DNA of 64,000 nucleotides. Source: Botryllus schlosseri (lineage: Eukaryota). The notes under the pieces were generated by a model. The model was not told the origin of the DNA and searched no databases. It worked only from the letters and a program-made list of their open reading frames with translations. This document shows positions 25,611-37,088 of this stretch, one piece after another. The stretch spans positions 22,694,001 through 22,758,000 of the forward strand of contig CM119372.1 of NCBI GenBank assembly GCA_051294905.1. Direction: 5' to 3'. The stretch's first letter is position 1; each line of letters opens with the position of its first letter. Position numbers and translations under genes: made by a program.

Positions 25611-27449
25611 TAGGGTTATGACTAGAAAAAAAAGATTCGCCTGTAGCAGGAATTGATGAGCATTTTGGTATAAATTTAAAAAAATATAATCATTTTAATC
25701 AAATCGAAAAAAATGTCCCGCACAAACCAACTTCAATTTTCGACATTGGTCCAAATATAGAAAAAATTTACAATTCAAAGGTATTCTTTGCTACAAATTT
25801 AATCTTCGTATATATGTTTTTTTGTACTTCTGGTTAAGTTCATCCATCAATTTGACTTCTCTTTCTGTTATTATGTTAGTGCCAGGGACATCTACAACGG
25901 AAATATCCGACTTCCAACGGGATTTTAAGGCACTTTATCGCTGCAGGACATTCGAGCGCAAAAATAACGGCAAATATAATCTTTGGTATACTCTAGAGCC
26001 CGATCGATATTGGATTTATGGGTCGATACCGATAAAACCTATATCTCACACCTTGACCGATAACCCCAATACATTCAGCCGATATTCAAAAGAAGTTGGA
26101 TATAGGCTACATAAGCACATTTTCAAAGCTTCAGAGCATTTATTTGAACATCTTTACAGCCATTGTTATATTTGCACATGAAATAAACTAGAAAGGCTAC
26201 ATCTGGACACGTGTTAAGTGTAAGCTTGTGACATATATCAATATTCTCGATCTAGCGGTCAAAGATTATAGTTTTCTGACTTCCTACCGCTACCGCCATG
26301 TTGTGACATTAAGAGAATTGCCGATCATTTTTCAGCGTCAATGGCTGATACCGATAATTCTGTCGGAGTGTGATATCGTCCCGATATTATCGGCGAACCG
26401 ATAAACGGTCGAGCTCCAGTATATTCCATCTAAAGACATCTAGTTAGAATACCAGGCTTCCTGACACGCATTTGCGAGGAATAAGCATGATATCTCAAGA
26501 GTTACTCTCCATCTGGGGACTTGGAAGTACGGAATTATAGCCCTTGAGCTCCATCGCGCATTGCGTAGAGATGGAAGTTTATGCCATTTGATTAGTGGTA
26601 ATCTAATATTTTCTCTGAAAGAGCGGCATGCTCTGCACAGCACATAGATAAACTTAAAATCATCCCTCCATCCTCGGTTTTCTAATATTTTCATTTGAAA
26701 TCCTGGCTTGATGGATTTTACCAAATTTTTAATAGTATTTTACCATATCATCTCCAAATTTCTAGCAGAGAGTTGGATTTGTTGGGGATGTTGGATTGAA
26801 AAACTCTGATATATGCTTTAAGAATCGATAATATTATGTTGGCAACCAATGTATTGTGGTTTATGAAAACCCTTGCTCATCACTGCAATTTGCAGTTTCA
26901 CAACAACGCCATTCCGCCGCCCAGTATCAACAGATGCTGAGTCACATGTGATATGGCATTTTCAAATTTTCATCATATTCTTCTAATCGGTTTTCTAGAC
27001 CGCTGAAAATATGTTGAGTTGTTCTACTTTCGCCTTTCTGAACAACCAGTTCGATTTGTGTCAGACAAATTGAAATTATACGATCTATACAGTCTACATC
27101 TAAAATTGAAATTAATAATTATTTAATAATTATTTAATTTTGACTGTAAGCAAGAAAACGATCGGAATAATTCAATATGAGCGATCAAAATTTACCAAAA
27201 TACTATTTTAAATCTTCGCAATTGGAAATGTGTCAGTTAAATTCAAATCAGTCGGTATATATATTATATAGTCTGAATCTTAAAAAAAGCCTATCCTTCA
27301 TACCGTGAAAACTGGAAAATTTTTGTGCGGGAGGTTTTTGTTTAACCAGTCTTAACTTTTGGTAATTTTGCAATCAGGACACAAAAGTTCATCGTTTGTG
27401 ACTACAGGGCACACAAAATTTTGAATTTTTTTTTCTAGTCATAACCCTA
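25611..27449 (-). mobile_element. Decayed hAT (hATm-like) transposon with transposase remnants
   Basis: TIR TAGGGTTATGACTAGAAAAAAAA; perfect TSD TTGCACAC (25603-25610, 27450-27457). Minus-strand peptides ITCDSASVDTGRRNGVV..PQYIGCQHNIID (about 26825-26952) and KLPSLRNARWSSRA (about 26540-26582). Confidence 0.85.
25994..26418. mobile_element. MITE nested in the hATm-like element
   Basis: TAGAGCCCGATCG / CGGTCGAGCTCCA; TSD gtatactc / gtatattc; CCGATA subterminal repeats. Confidence 0.75.
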
Positions 27450-27563
27450 TTGCACACACATGTACGTACATGCACAATGCACAGCACGGTGCACAGGCAC
27501 AACTAAAAAACGCTGGAATGCGACGCCAGCGACAGCAAGGATGACAAAAAACGATTTCGGGAG

Positions 27564-30500
27564 CAGACATGGGGTAATCGCGATTAGTAATCGTAATCGA
27601 TTACGACGATTACAGCATTTTCAAGTAATCGTAATCGCAATCGATTACATTCCAGAAAATTCAGAAGTAATCGTAATCGTAATCGACTACTTCCAATATT
27701 CAATCGATTTCTTTGTGAAAGAACGATTACTTTTTATTTGTACGGGACTATGACATAAACTGAACATTCGTGAACAAGGACGAGGTATTATACCAGTTAG
27801 CAGGCCGTGTTATTTTTGGCATATGCCAAAACTGCCAAAAATAACTTATTTTTGGCATTTTTCGATTTTTATTTTTGGCAGTTTTGGCATCGTCCTCTAA
27901 ATAGATAGTTTCAGCCTCGAATTAGTCACAAAAACGCTTTATTTGGGCTACTTTGTCAAAAGACACCACAAAATGTGCAGCATCCACGTATAATCAGTGC
28001 TAACAAACAATAAGAAGAAGAAAAAACCTAACGATTTCATAGGTTAATAATATCAAACGAAACCACAAAATGTGCAGTATCCGTCGGAATCAGTGCCAAT
28101 AAGCAAAAAAAAAAGAAAATCCTATCAAACACGCTCAACAGCTGATTGTTACAGCTGTTGAATAGACTTAAATCGTTTGCACTGTAACAGTGCTTCCAAA
28201 CTCAGGTCAGTTAAGTTTCTCCTAAATTCATTTCTCGCCCAGCGAATTTGGGAAATATCGGCTTCAAAAGTAGCCGTTGAGGGAAAGAATGTTGCCAGTC
28301 ATCCACAAAAGGTTTTTAGAGCTTCAAAATCTTTGGAGGGCCGAACCGGCTTCCATGCATCATGAAAAGAGATCACTTCGCCAGTGCCATCGACCTCATC
28401 GCGGAAAGAATTTTCTTCCCGATCCTTTTCCAGGAGTTTCCTGAACACACTCTATTTAGTAGCCCGACAATCATTTCTCCTTCAGTCTACCGATGTATTT
28501 TCGGAGGATTTTTGTCACTTCAGGTGGCTTTAATATTACCAACTCACATGGAAGAGTCCTGGGAAGGTTAGCTTGTTAAAGAACATTGACGCAACAAGAC
28601 TGTCTGGCAAAACGAGACTATGCAGCTCAGAAATAGCCAGACAGTTTGTTGCGTCACAATGTTCAACTCGATCACAATGCAAAAATCGTGGTTGATTTTG
28701 GGGGTTCCAGTTCCATGAGCAGAATGTAATTTATATTTAAATAATCAGTACTGCGGCAGCTTCTCATTGATACCCGTTTTATCAAATTTAGCGCTCGACA
28801 AGCCGGTCAAAAATGGTCGTAAAATTGCCTTCGGACAAATGGAAAGTATGACGTAAACCAAATACAGTCAGCAGTTCAATCTCGCCGTGCCCAGACCATT
28901 TAGGACACCATGCTTTCACCCCTAATGGGTGGGCTGGACCCAGATTAAGAAACCTGCCTTTCACAAACGCTCTTCTCGCTTGTAGCGCGGTCCTGTTAAC
29001 ACAACACCATGAACGAAATACACTATTTGGCAGGCCGTGTTATTTTTGGCATATGCCAAAAATTGCTTATTTTTGGCATTTTCAAATTTTTATTTTTGGC
29101 AGTTTTGGCATCTGGCTCCTGAAATGCCAAAAATAACACGGCCTGCCAGTTAGTGATAGCACAAACGTCAGATTTTCAAATGCCACTGCTCATTATTACG
29201 TCAGAGCTGACCTATTAGCTTTTGCTCGTCATTGCGTAAGAAGTATACAGCTATCCACACATACTGAATAGATATTCGATGTACATTAGTGTGATCGTAA
29301 GAACACTCACCGTGCTGTATATCAGGTTATCAATTCATTACAGACGCCACTACCCCGCAGCAGGATAATTAATCACCACTCTCCCTTGTTTAAAATAGTA
29401 ACTTTTGTATTGATGTTTGTTTATGCTTAGTTAAACGCACTTTTACCGTTGCTGCTTGAGTGCTTGGCGAGCAGTAGGCCTATGTAGTCCGAACGTACAC
29501 TGGACAAAGGTTTGAAATATCTTAGCCTACTCGTCAAATAATACATTACGGTTTCCACCACGAAGCATTAAAAATCAACTGCTGCTGATATATATCATAA
29601 CCCACCGTTTCTCGTAATATCCGCTTGCATTACATTATCTGTATTAAGTTGAAGGCAGAATTTTATGTTCACTTTCTCTTATTCTGATATGATTCTGCTT
29701 GAAAAGTGCGCCAATCGTTATTCCATAATTCTTTACTCAACATTTGGACCTGCAGTCATAGCCATCGGCTTATATACAATGTTAGCGTGGCTTGCAGCTA
29801 GAATGAGGACAAAAACAGCAAATCGTCCCCCACTCCAAACGCTGGTCTTGGGCCCCCATTGGGAAGTTAATTTTCAAGTTGAAGATTTAATTTCGTCAAT
29901 ATTATTGGTAATTGCATTATATTACTATTCATTTTTAATCCTCTCTCAGTCTCCGATGATCAGATTTACCTGAAGAGCTGGGAGCACGTAATTCATAATT
30001 ATAATAGGACTACCGCATTTTGGAATCGGGAGAAGAGGACACTTTTTCAAAATTTTCAAACTTAGAATACCTGTGGAAAATACTGAAAATGGTAAATTTG
30101 TTCCACTTCTAGTCGGTTGACTAAAACAAAAGTCAACTTTCGCTCGGCTCGGCTCCCTAAATACCCGCCTGAGCGTTAATTCAGTGCAATTTTATGGTAT
30201 CTAGGTCCAATTTTAACTAAAATTCTAAAAAAAGAGGACAAAATCTCAAAAAGGAAGACATTTGGACATTTAGTCTATAATTTGTGTTGGTTTACGGAAT
30301 ACTTTTGAGTCCCCTTCGAGATCGCTCCCCACCCTATTAGGAAATTTGGGGTGCGGCAGGACCTGGCAAGAATGCAAATCGTTGAGTGCGATATATCGTC
30401 CAATATAAAATGCGCAATGGGTACTTTATGACGTAACAATCAAATGTCGCATGTTTGTTAAAGAAAGTTGTTATCTCATTAGGCCTTTGCAGCGCAGTCC

Positions 30501-30701
30501 ATATATTGTCTTCCAATATAACTTCTAAGTCGCAAAATAAATGTAATCGTGAGTAATCGAGATTACTTTTCCAATGTAATCGTAATCGTAATCGACTACT
30601 TCCTGATTTTGCTGTAATCGTAATCGTAATCGTAATCGCGTCATTCAGAAGTAATCGTAATCGCAATCGATTACATTCACGAAGTAATCACCCCATGTCT
30701 G
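27564..30701. mobile_element. hAT-like element with (GTAATC)n subterminal arrays
   Basis: TIR CAGACATGGGGT / ACCCCATGTCTG; perfect TSD TTCGGGAG (27556-27563, 30702-30709). Confidence 0.9.
27801..29145 (-). mobile_element. Nested hAT element carrying a transposase C-terminal (dimerization-domain) remnant
   Basis: TIR CAGGCCGTGTTATTTTTGGCA; perfect TSD CCAGTTAG (27793-27800, 29146-29153). Minus strand about 28170-28570: LPRTLPCELV..FHDAWK..FCG*LATFFPSTATFEADISQIRW..LTDLSLEALLQCK. Confidence 0.88.
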
Positions 30702-32035
30702 TTCGGGAGTCGAGTCGGAAAAATGACCTATTTTTAGTCAACACAGCAGTATTTCTAGTAAAAATCCACAAATTACTTATTACCTCGTCTGAATTAATAT
30801 GTTTTGTGATTTGGTAAAGTGTGTCCTCTTTTCTGGACCTCAAAATATGGTAGCCCTATTATAGCAGGGCTGGTTGCGGAGTGGGTATGATCAAGACCAT
30901 TTCGTGGACAGAACCTGGCCAGATTCTTTGATGGCAGTGCAGCAGAGATGAGCATGGATTTGGACTAGGGTCTGAAAAAACCGGATTTGTGAAGTTTTGT
31001 CGGATTGGTTTAGTATTCGAGATTTTTTTATTGAATGAATTAGGATTTGGATCGGATTCACCCAATTTCTGGGAGATTGATATGTCGTGTGGCGAATGGT
31101 GACAAGCTTTATTCGGATCAGTTATTAATGTACTTACGCCATTCCCAACCTGGACAACAAAAGTTGGAACCACCACATTCTCAAATCTTCTGAAATTTGG
31201 TACATGCATAGATGAGTTAATTTAGAGCTCAAAGTTTATTTGAGGAAAATTGATCCCCGGGGTCAAAAGTAACTTCATTTTGAAAAATTGACGATTTTCT
31301 GCTCATTACTGCTCTGCAGCATTCCGGTTTATCAATGTAAAACTTAAAAAGGTGTAAACAGATGTTGGATTACAGTTGAAATTGGGCACTGGGTTTTCTG
31401 AGGGGCTAGTCTATTGGTCTATATTCCCATGTAGCATTGAATGCCATGCGGTGTAGTGTTAAAGGTTAAATTGAGGCGAAACTTGATCGATGGTATGAAA
31501 TCGGTCAAGCGTAACACAATTTAGAATGCGAATTGAGCAAAACCTTATAAAAATGTTCAAGCGAGTAGGGTATCATATGCAAGCTGGTTACAAAGACAAT
31601 TTTCCATAGCTCTTTCATTTTTTTTGGCTGTAAGGTGGTGAAGTTGCAGTCTCTAGAGTACACTGCATTTGTACATGGAAATGCTTAAGTTTGGAATATG
31701 GTAGACCGATGTTCCTATACTTTTTGACTCGACACACCTTGTCAAGCTCAACTTATATTCATCACTACCCCTGAAGACTATATGTCATTTCCAACAACCT
31801 ATTTGAAGCCAAAAGCTGTTCCTTGGGTATATATTAATGAGAATAGCTACCCATTGCTTCCACCGTTTACCCGTCCGCTGTAGGTTAGTTATCTATAGTT
31901 AGATCAAAGCGTCATTGAATTCATGATTGATGAGCTGTAAGAGCTTCTAGCATGCATTTTGACGTTGCGTTTTGCGGACCGTTTGAACGGGATGTCTCGA
32001 CGATAGGATACTCGTTCGTATAAGTCACTTTTCAT

Positions 32036-33318
32036 CAGAGGTGGTCAAAGTAGTCAAGAAAGCTACTCAAGTAGAAGTAGAAGTAGCGACGAAAAAAATC
32101 TACTCAAGTACGAGTAGAAGTACTTATTCCATAAAACTACTTGAAGTAGAAGTAGAATTGACTGACTTTTAAAGTACTCAAGTAAGTAAGTAGTTGTGAA
32201 AACGATCCTAATTCGTTCACATGGATTGTGAAAAGGTGCAAATTGAGCTATGCGAAAGGTGACGAGCTTGATTCATATTGATGCATACCAACAGGTATCC
32301 AATTTTCGATAGCATAAGCAATCATTCCCATCATGATAGTATTGATATGGAAATGCGATACTAAACCTCTGTTTTCTCGAACAGCACGTTTTAGAAAATA
32401 GCATGGTACGGCGCCATCCCCCATATTATAAGGCCCGTATAGTTTAGTCGAATAGCAATACGTAGAAGTTATATAGGATACGGTGTAAACACTTTGCGCG
32501 ATTAGTAAACGTTAATAAAAATATGGTGGACCGTAAAAATGCCATATTGTGTAGCTTTATTTTCGGAAATTAAAGGCATTACTACACTTGCTTTTATACT
32601 TCAACAGGTATGTTATCCGGACAAAAGAACTGATATTAATTAGAACTCAAAGTATATGATACTGGGAATTAAAAGTGAAATATAAATACTACTTCTAAAA
32701 GTGAAACGCTATTTCATGCCTTTAGTCCAGAAGGTTTCAAAAATGGTATGCTAAAACAACACTAAAAAAAAGTCAGAGTCTACTTTTCCAGATTAGGACA
32801 CGCCATGGACATGCTAGATTACGATATGACAAGTAAACGCTAGATTGCGAAACAACAGTTTCAAACGTTATGATGAGCCATATATAGGCCTACTGTGATG
32901 AATTATTTCATATGGGCGAAGGGCGACAATATGGTGTATACGAAAGCACGCCAACCCGCTACCTAAATTATATTCACCGATACTTTCGTGAAATCATACT
33001 GGTCACTCCGTAGCCACTGCGCGGGAAGCGCGACGAAAATTCTTGGCTTTACTCAACTTTTCTGAAAATTAAATGTTGATACACCGTGAGAACAGCCCCG
33101 AAATTTCTCAGGCTATCTTACTGATTGGGAGATTGAACTACTTCTACTTGACAAACTGAAAATAGCGAAAAGTAAGTAAGTAGATCACAAAATATTGCGA
33201 AATAGAAGTAGAAGTAGCAGTAGGGAAAATCGGATCTAATTGAGTAAGTACCAGAAGTAGAGGAAAACTACTTGAGTACTTCGAAAAAGTAGAAGTACTT
33301 CGTTACTGACCACCTCTG
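32036..33318. mobile_element. hAT-like element with AAGTAG/TACTCAAGTA subterminal arrays
   Basis: TIR CAGAGGTGGTCA / TGACCACCTCTG; TSD cttttcat / cttttcgt. Confidence 0.85.
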
Positions 33319-33769
33319 CTTTTCGTACACGTATGAATACAGAATTCGTATGTTCCGGATCCTTAATTCGCTTGCAATGCGACTCAGAAATGCCGATACC
33401 TGATACTTTATTCCAATCAAGGCTACGATATTGCATTTTTGCTGGCGTAGGCCTACTCCAAGCAAGAAGGCACTTTAGGATAGGCACTCGAAAGACTACG
33501 ATAGCCCGGCCCGGTATCATTGTCAAGGGCCTGCATGTGCGACTGACAAAACGCTTCTCAAATTATCTGATTCATCAAGATGAGATAATTCTAGAAATTT
33601 CCAAGTTCCATTGCTTTCATAGTCCCGCAAAATTCAACGACTTCTTATTTTAGGAATTTAATGCACTAAGTCGAACACACCTCACCTCACATGTCGGGTG
33701 CTCTCGTTGTTCCATATGATCAGCACGTTCTATCAAGTATAACGAGCCACGATTGAGAAACGGTATTCG

Positions 33770-34548
33770 TAGGGTTACAATACTCCTCTTTTTTGACTTT
33801 TTTGAAAGTGTCCTGGGAGGACGATCAAAATGTCATCTTTTTTGAAAATTATGGTTAAATGTATGTGAAAGTTGGATGAAATCAGCACTCAAGCAACGGT
33901 CCCGCGGTACTTTCGGGAGTTGAGCCAGTAAGACGACCTTTTTTTAGTCAACCAACGAAAAACCACATAACAAGTGGGTATTTCAGGAATTGAGTTGGAA
34001 GGATGACCTTTTTTCTTTTTTAGTCAACACTACTAAATTCCAGTATAAAGTGGGTAGATTTAGAGTCGAATGAAAGTGATGACCGGGAGTAAATATACCA
34101 ACTTTTCCGGATTTCTCTCCGGTATGGTAAGTCTAAAACTTTTGAAAAACTATCCTCTTTTCCGATTCCTAAAATATGGTAACCCTATCTAGGGTTACCA
34201 TGAGTCCTCCTTTAGGAGGATTTGTCCTCCTTTTTCAGGAATTTGAAAATTTCCTCCGAGGACGCCTAAATGCCCTCCTTTTTAACAATTCGTCCTCCTT
34301 TACAGCTTTTACATCTAGGATAATGGACAGAGTCAACTGAAAATCGGCATAAGTGATGCTATAAATAGGTAATAAGAATGTTCGAGAGGGTCATTCACGA
34401 GTCGAATGAAAGAGATGACCTTTTTTTAGTCAACACCACAAAATTTGCAGTAAATATTGCAAATCGGCTGGTTTCAGTCCTCATCAACTAACTCTTATGA
34501 TTTGGTTAAAGTTTCCTCCTTTTTCGGTTCCAAAGTACGGTAACCCTA
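33770..34548. mobile_element. Two adjacent TAGGGTTAC-family MITEs (about 33770-34187 and 34190-34548)
   Basis: TAGGGTTAC..GGTAACCCTA ends occur twice; shared TCCTC(C)TTTT and GACCTTTTTTTAGTCAAC motifs. Confidence 0.65.
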
Positions 34549-34699
34549 TTTTAGCTCAATGCGTAGGCATAATTATATTCACTTTTAACTTGCTCTTGAA
34601 AAGTCTCTATGGATCAATCACTGATAGACTGTGTCACGTGGACATGGATAATACCGATATAGTTTCATCAATGACTAAGTACACCTCTGGAACACTGGA

Positions 34700-36480
34700 T
34701 GCACATAGCGATGCTAACGAGGCAGCTCTGTACCTAACAAACGTTTACGACGCAGCTCGCAAGGAACGATTCGAAGCTATTGCCCTTTGCGTGGAAAATG
34801 AGTTGGAAGCAGGCCGATCAAGAGCAGCCTGGAAAGCCATCGGTGAACTAGTTGTCTTCAAGAGGACCCGCGTGAAGGCCTGTACGGAAGACCTCGCAGC
34901 ACACTTCGAGACCCTATCTACCACCGGACATCGATGTGCTCGTTGCACCGTCTTCACTAGCAGCAAATCCTCTAGCGATCAATACAACCCTGATCACGCT
35001 AGGTGAGATCAAGACAGCCATGCGTGCAGTACCACAATTCAAGGCGACCGGCACGGACGGCATCCCAACGGCTGCATACCCCTCGGGCGTTGCACCTGTG
35101 CTCCTCGACGTCATGAATGGCGTCCTCGAAGGCGGCCCGGTGCCCCCCGAGTGGCTCGAGAGCGAAATCGTCCCTATCTACAAGAAAGGCGCTGCGAGTG
35201 ACCCAGCGAACTACAGAGGCATCTCCCTGATGCAGACCGCTGCCATGCTGTTCGACCGAGTACTACTCCTTCGCATACATGAGCAACTCTCTACCAAGCT
35301 CCTGAATGCTCAGGCAGAGCACATCCTGGCACTGCGCACAATCATTGACACCTGCCGCTCACACAAAAAGAATGTCGTGGCCGTCTTCGTTGATTTCGCA
35401 AAAGCCTTCGACTCGGTCTCGCGCCCAGCCATGGCGGGATCCTCAGATTCTATGGAATTCCTGAGGTGATAACGTACGCCATTATGGCCCTCTACACTGA
35501 CACACGAGCGCGAGTCCGAACAGATGACGGCCCAAGCGGAGATTTCAACACTTCGGCTGGTGTGCTTCAAGGTGACACCCTGGCACCATTCTTGTTCGTG
35601 GTCATCCTTGACTTCGTGCTACGAACGGCCTTTCCGGATAATACGAACTTCTTTGAATGGCGGCCACGGCCAGGAACGCGCACGCGTACGACTCGCGAGG
35701 CAATCCACGTAGGTATTCTTGCCTACGCAGACGACCTAGCCTTGCTTGCCCCGAACACCGCATCGGCACAGCGCCTCATTAACCAGCTAGAGGCCGCCGC
35801 CGCTCTTGTTGGCCTCCAGATCAACGCCAAGAAGACTGAGGTTCCGGCCATACCAGCTCTACCGGAGAACGCAACACCAATTCAACTGGGAGAAATCGAT
35901 CTCAAGTATGTAACGAGTTTTGTATACCTCGGTATTGACGTCACTGACTCTGGAAAAGCGCTCAAGGCGATGCGAGCAAAGGCCTGGAGCGCGGTTAAAC
36001 GGCTACATAGCCGCTCTTCCATTCAAGTGCCTCAACCCAGCTCAAGACCCGTATCTTCCGTGCCACTGTCGAGCAGGTTCTTCTCTACGGAATAGAGGCA
36101 CTCACGCTGACATAGAAGCTGGCTAAGACGCTCAACGCTAACTACGACGCACTCCTCCGCTATGCACTCGGCATTCACCATCCGGAGCATAGATCCACGA
36201 ATGCATTGCGAGAACTCACAGGAACGGTCCCATGCCGTCTAATCCTACTGGCAGCTGAACGACGCTTCCGCCTAATCGGCCATCTAGCGCGGCATCAAGA
36301 CGAGCAACCAGCCGCCACCATCATCAATCACATTCCCACGGAGCCATGGCGCAGAGGGGGCTGGAATCGGAAAACATGGCGCTCGACAATGGAGACTGAT
36401 CTAGCGCAACGCGGGCTGTCGCTTGAAGACGCCCACGACCGCCTACGTTGGAGACGCTTAACACGAGCCCAAAACTGATT
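34700..36480 (+). mobile_element. 5'-truncated, frameshifted non-LTR retrotransposon (RTE-like reverse transcriptase)
   Basis: RT motifs across several frames: KATGTDGI, IVPIYKKG..DPANYRGISL, FVDFAKAFDSV, GVLQGDTLAPFLF, LAYADD (YADD at 35724-35735), GLQINAKKTE, FVYLG, RLIGHLAR, DRLRWR. Visibly GC-richer than its flanks; no endonuclease domain seen. Confidence 0.9.
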
Positions 36481-37088
36481 ATCTCGATGTTCTTTTGTAT
36501 TCTGTTTTCTTTTGCCCTTTTTATTTTATCTAATTGAAAAGTCGATATATATATATTCATCAATGAACTTTGAACATACATATGGTGCAAAAGGCCTCAG
36601 TTGCCAAGAAGCACCACCTACGCATCAGTGCGTACCATATATATAGGCCTACATTCCGTTCTTTCCTCGATTTTTCTTTGCTGGGTAGATCTAGATATGT
36701 TTTCATTCTATATTGAATATTAAGCCTCTCGTGATAGGTAGTTAAGGATTTGATGCAAACCTGTCAGCAAGCATTTTTAATTGTAATCACAAGTGGTATT
36801 ATCATCTGTATGAATGTAGGTAGGCTAATTTTGCACGAATATCGAATCGACTATTGAGATTAGATATTGCAGAAGCAATCGATTATGTATTGGATTGGTT
36901 TGGTTTATTTCACACATACAACAGTGGTGTTTATCGCCTATAAAGGTCATGTACACCACGACAATGATATTAGTAATGTTCAGGTTCTTTGCTTTTCGTA
37001 TTCATTCCGGACGACTTTCACACTCGCGCGCTTCCAGCTTCAGTCTCTCTCTCTTTCATGCATCCGGACTTTTCTTTACTGCCGACTT

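Noticed and set aside
27460..30666. ORFs with VIVIVID / RLRLRL repeats
   Set aside because: Translations of (GTAATC)n subterminal repeats.
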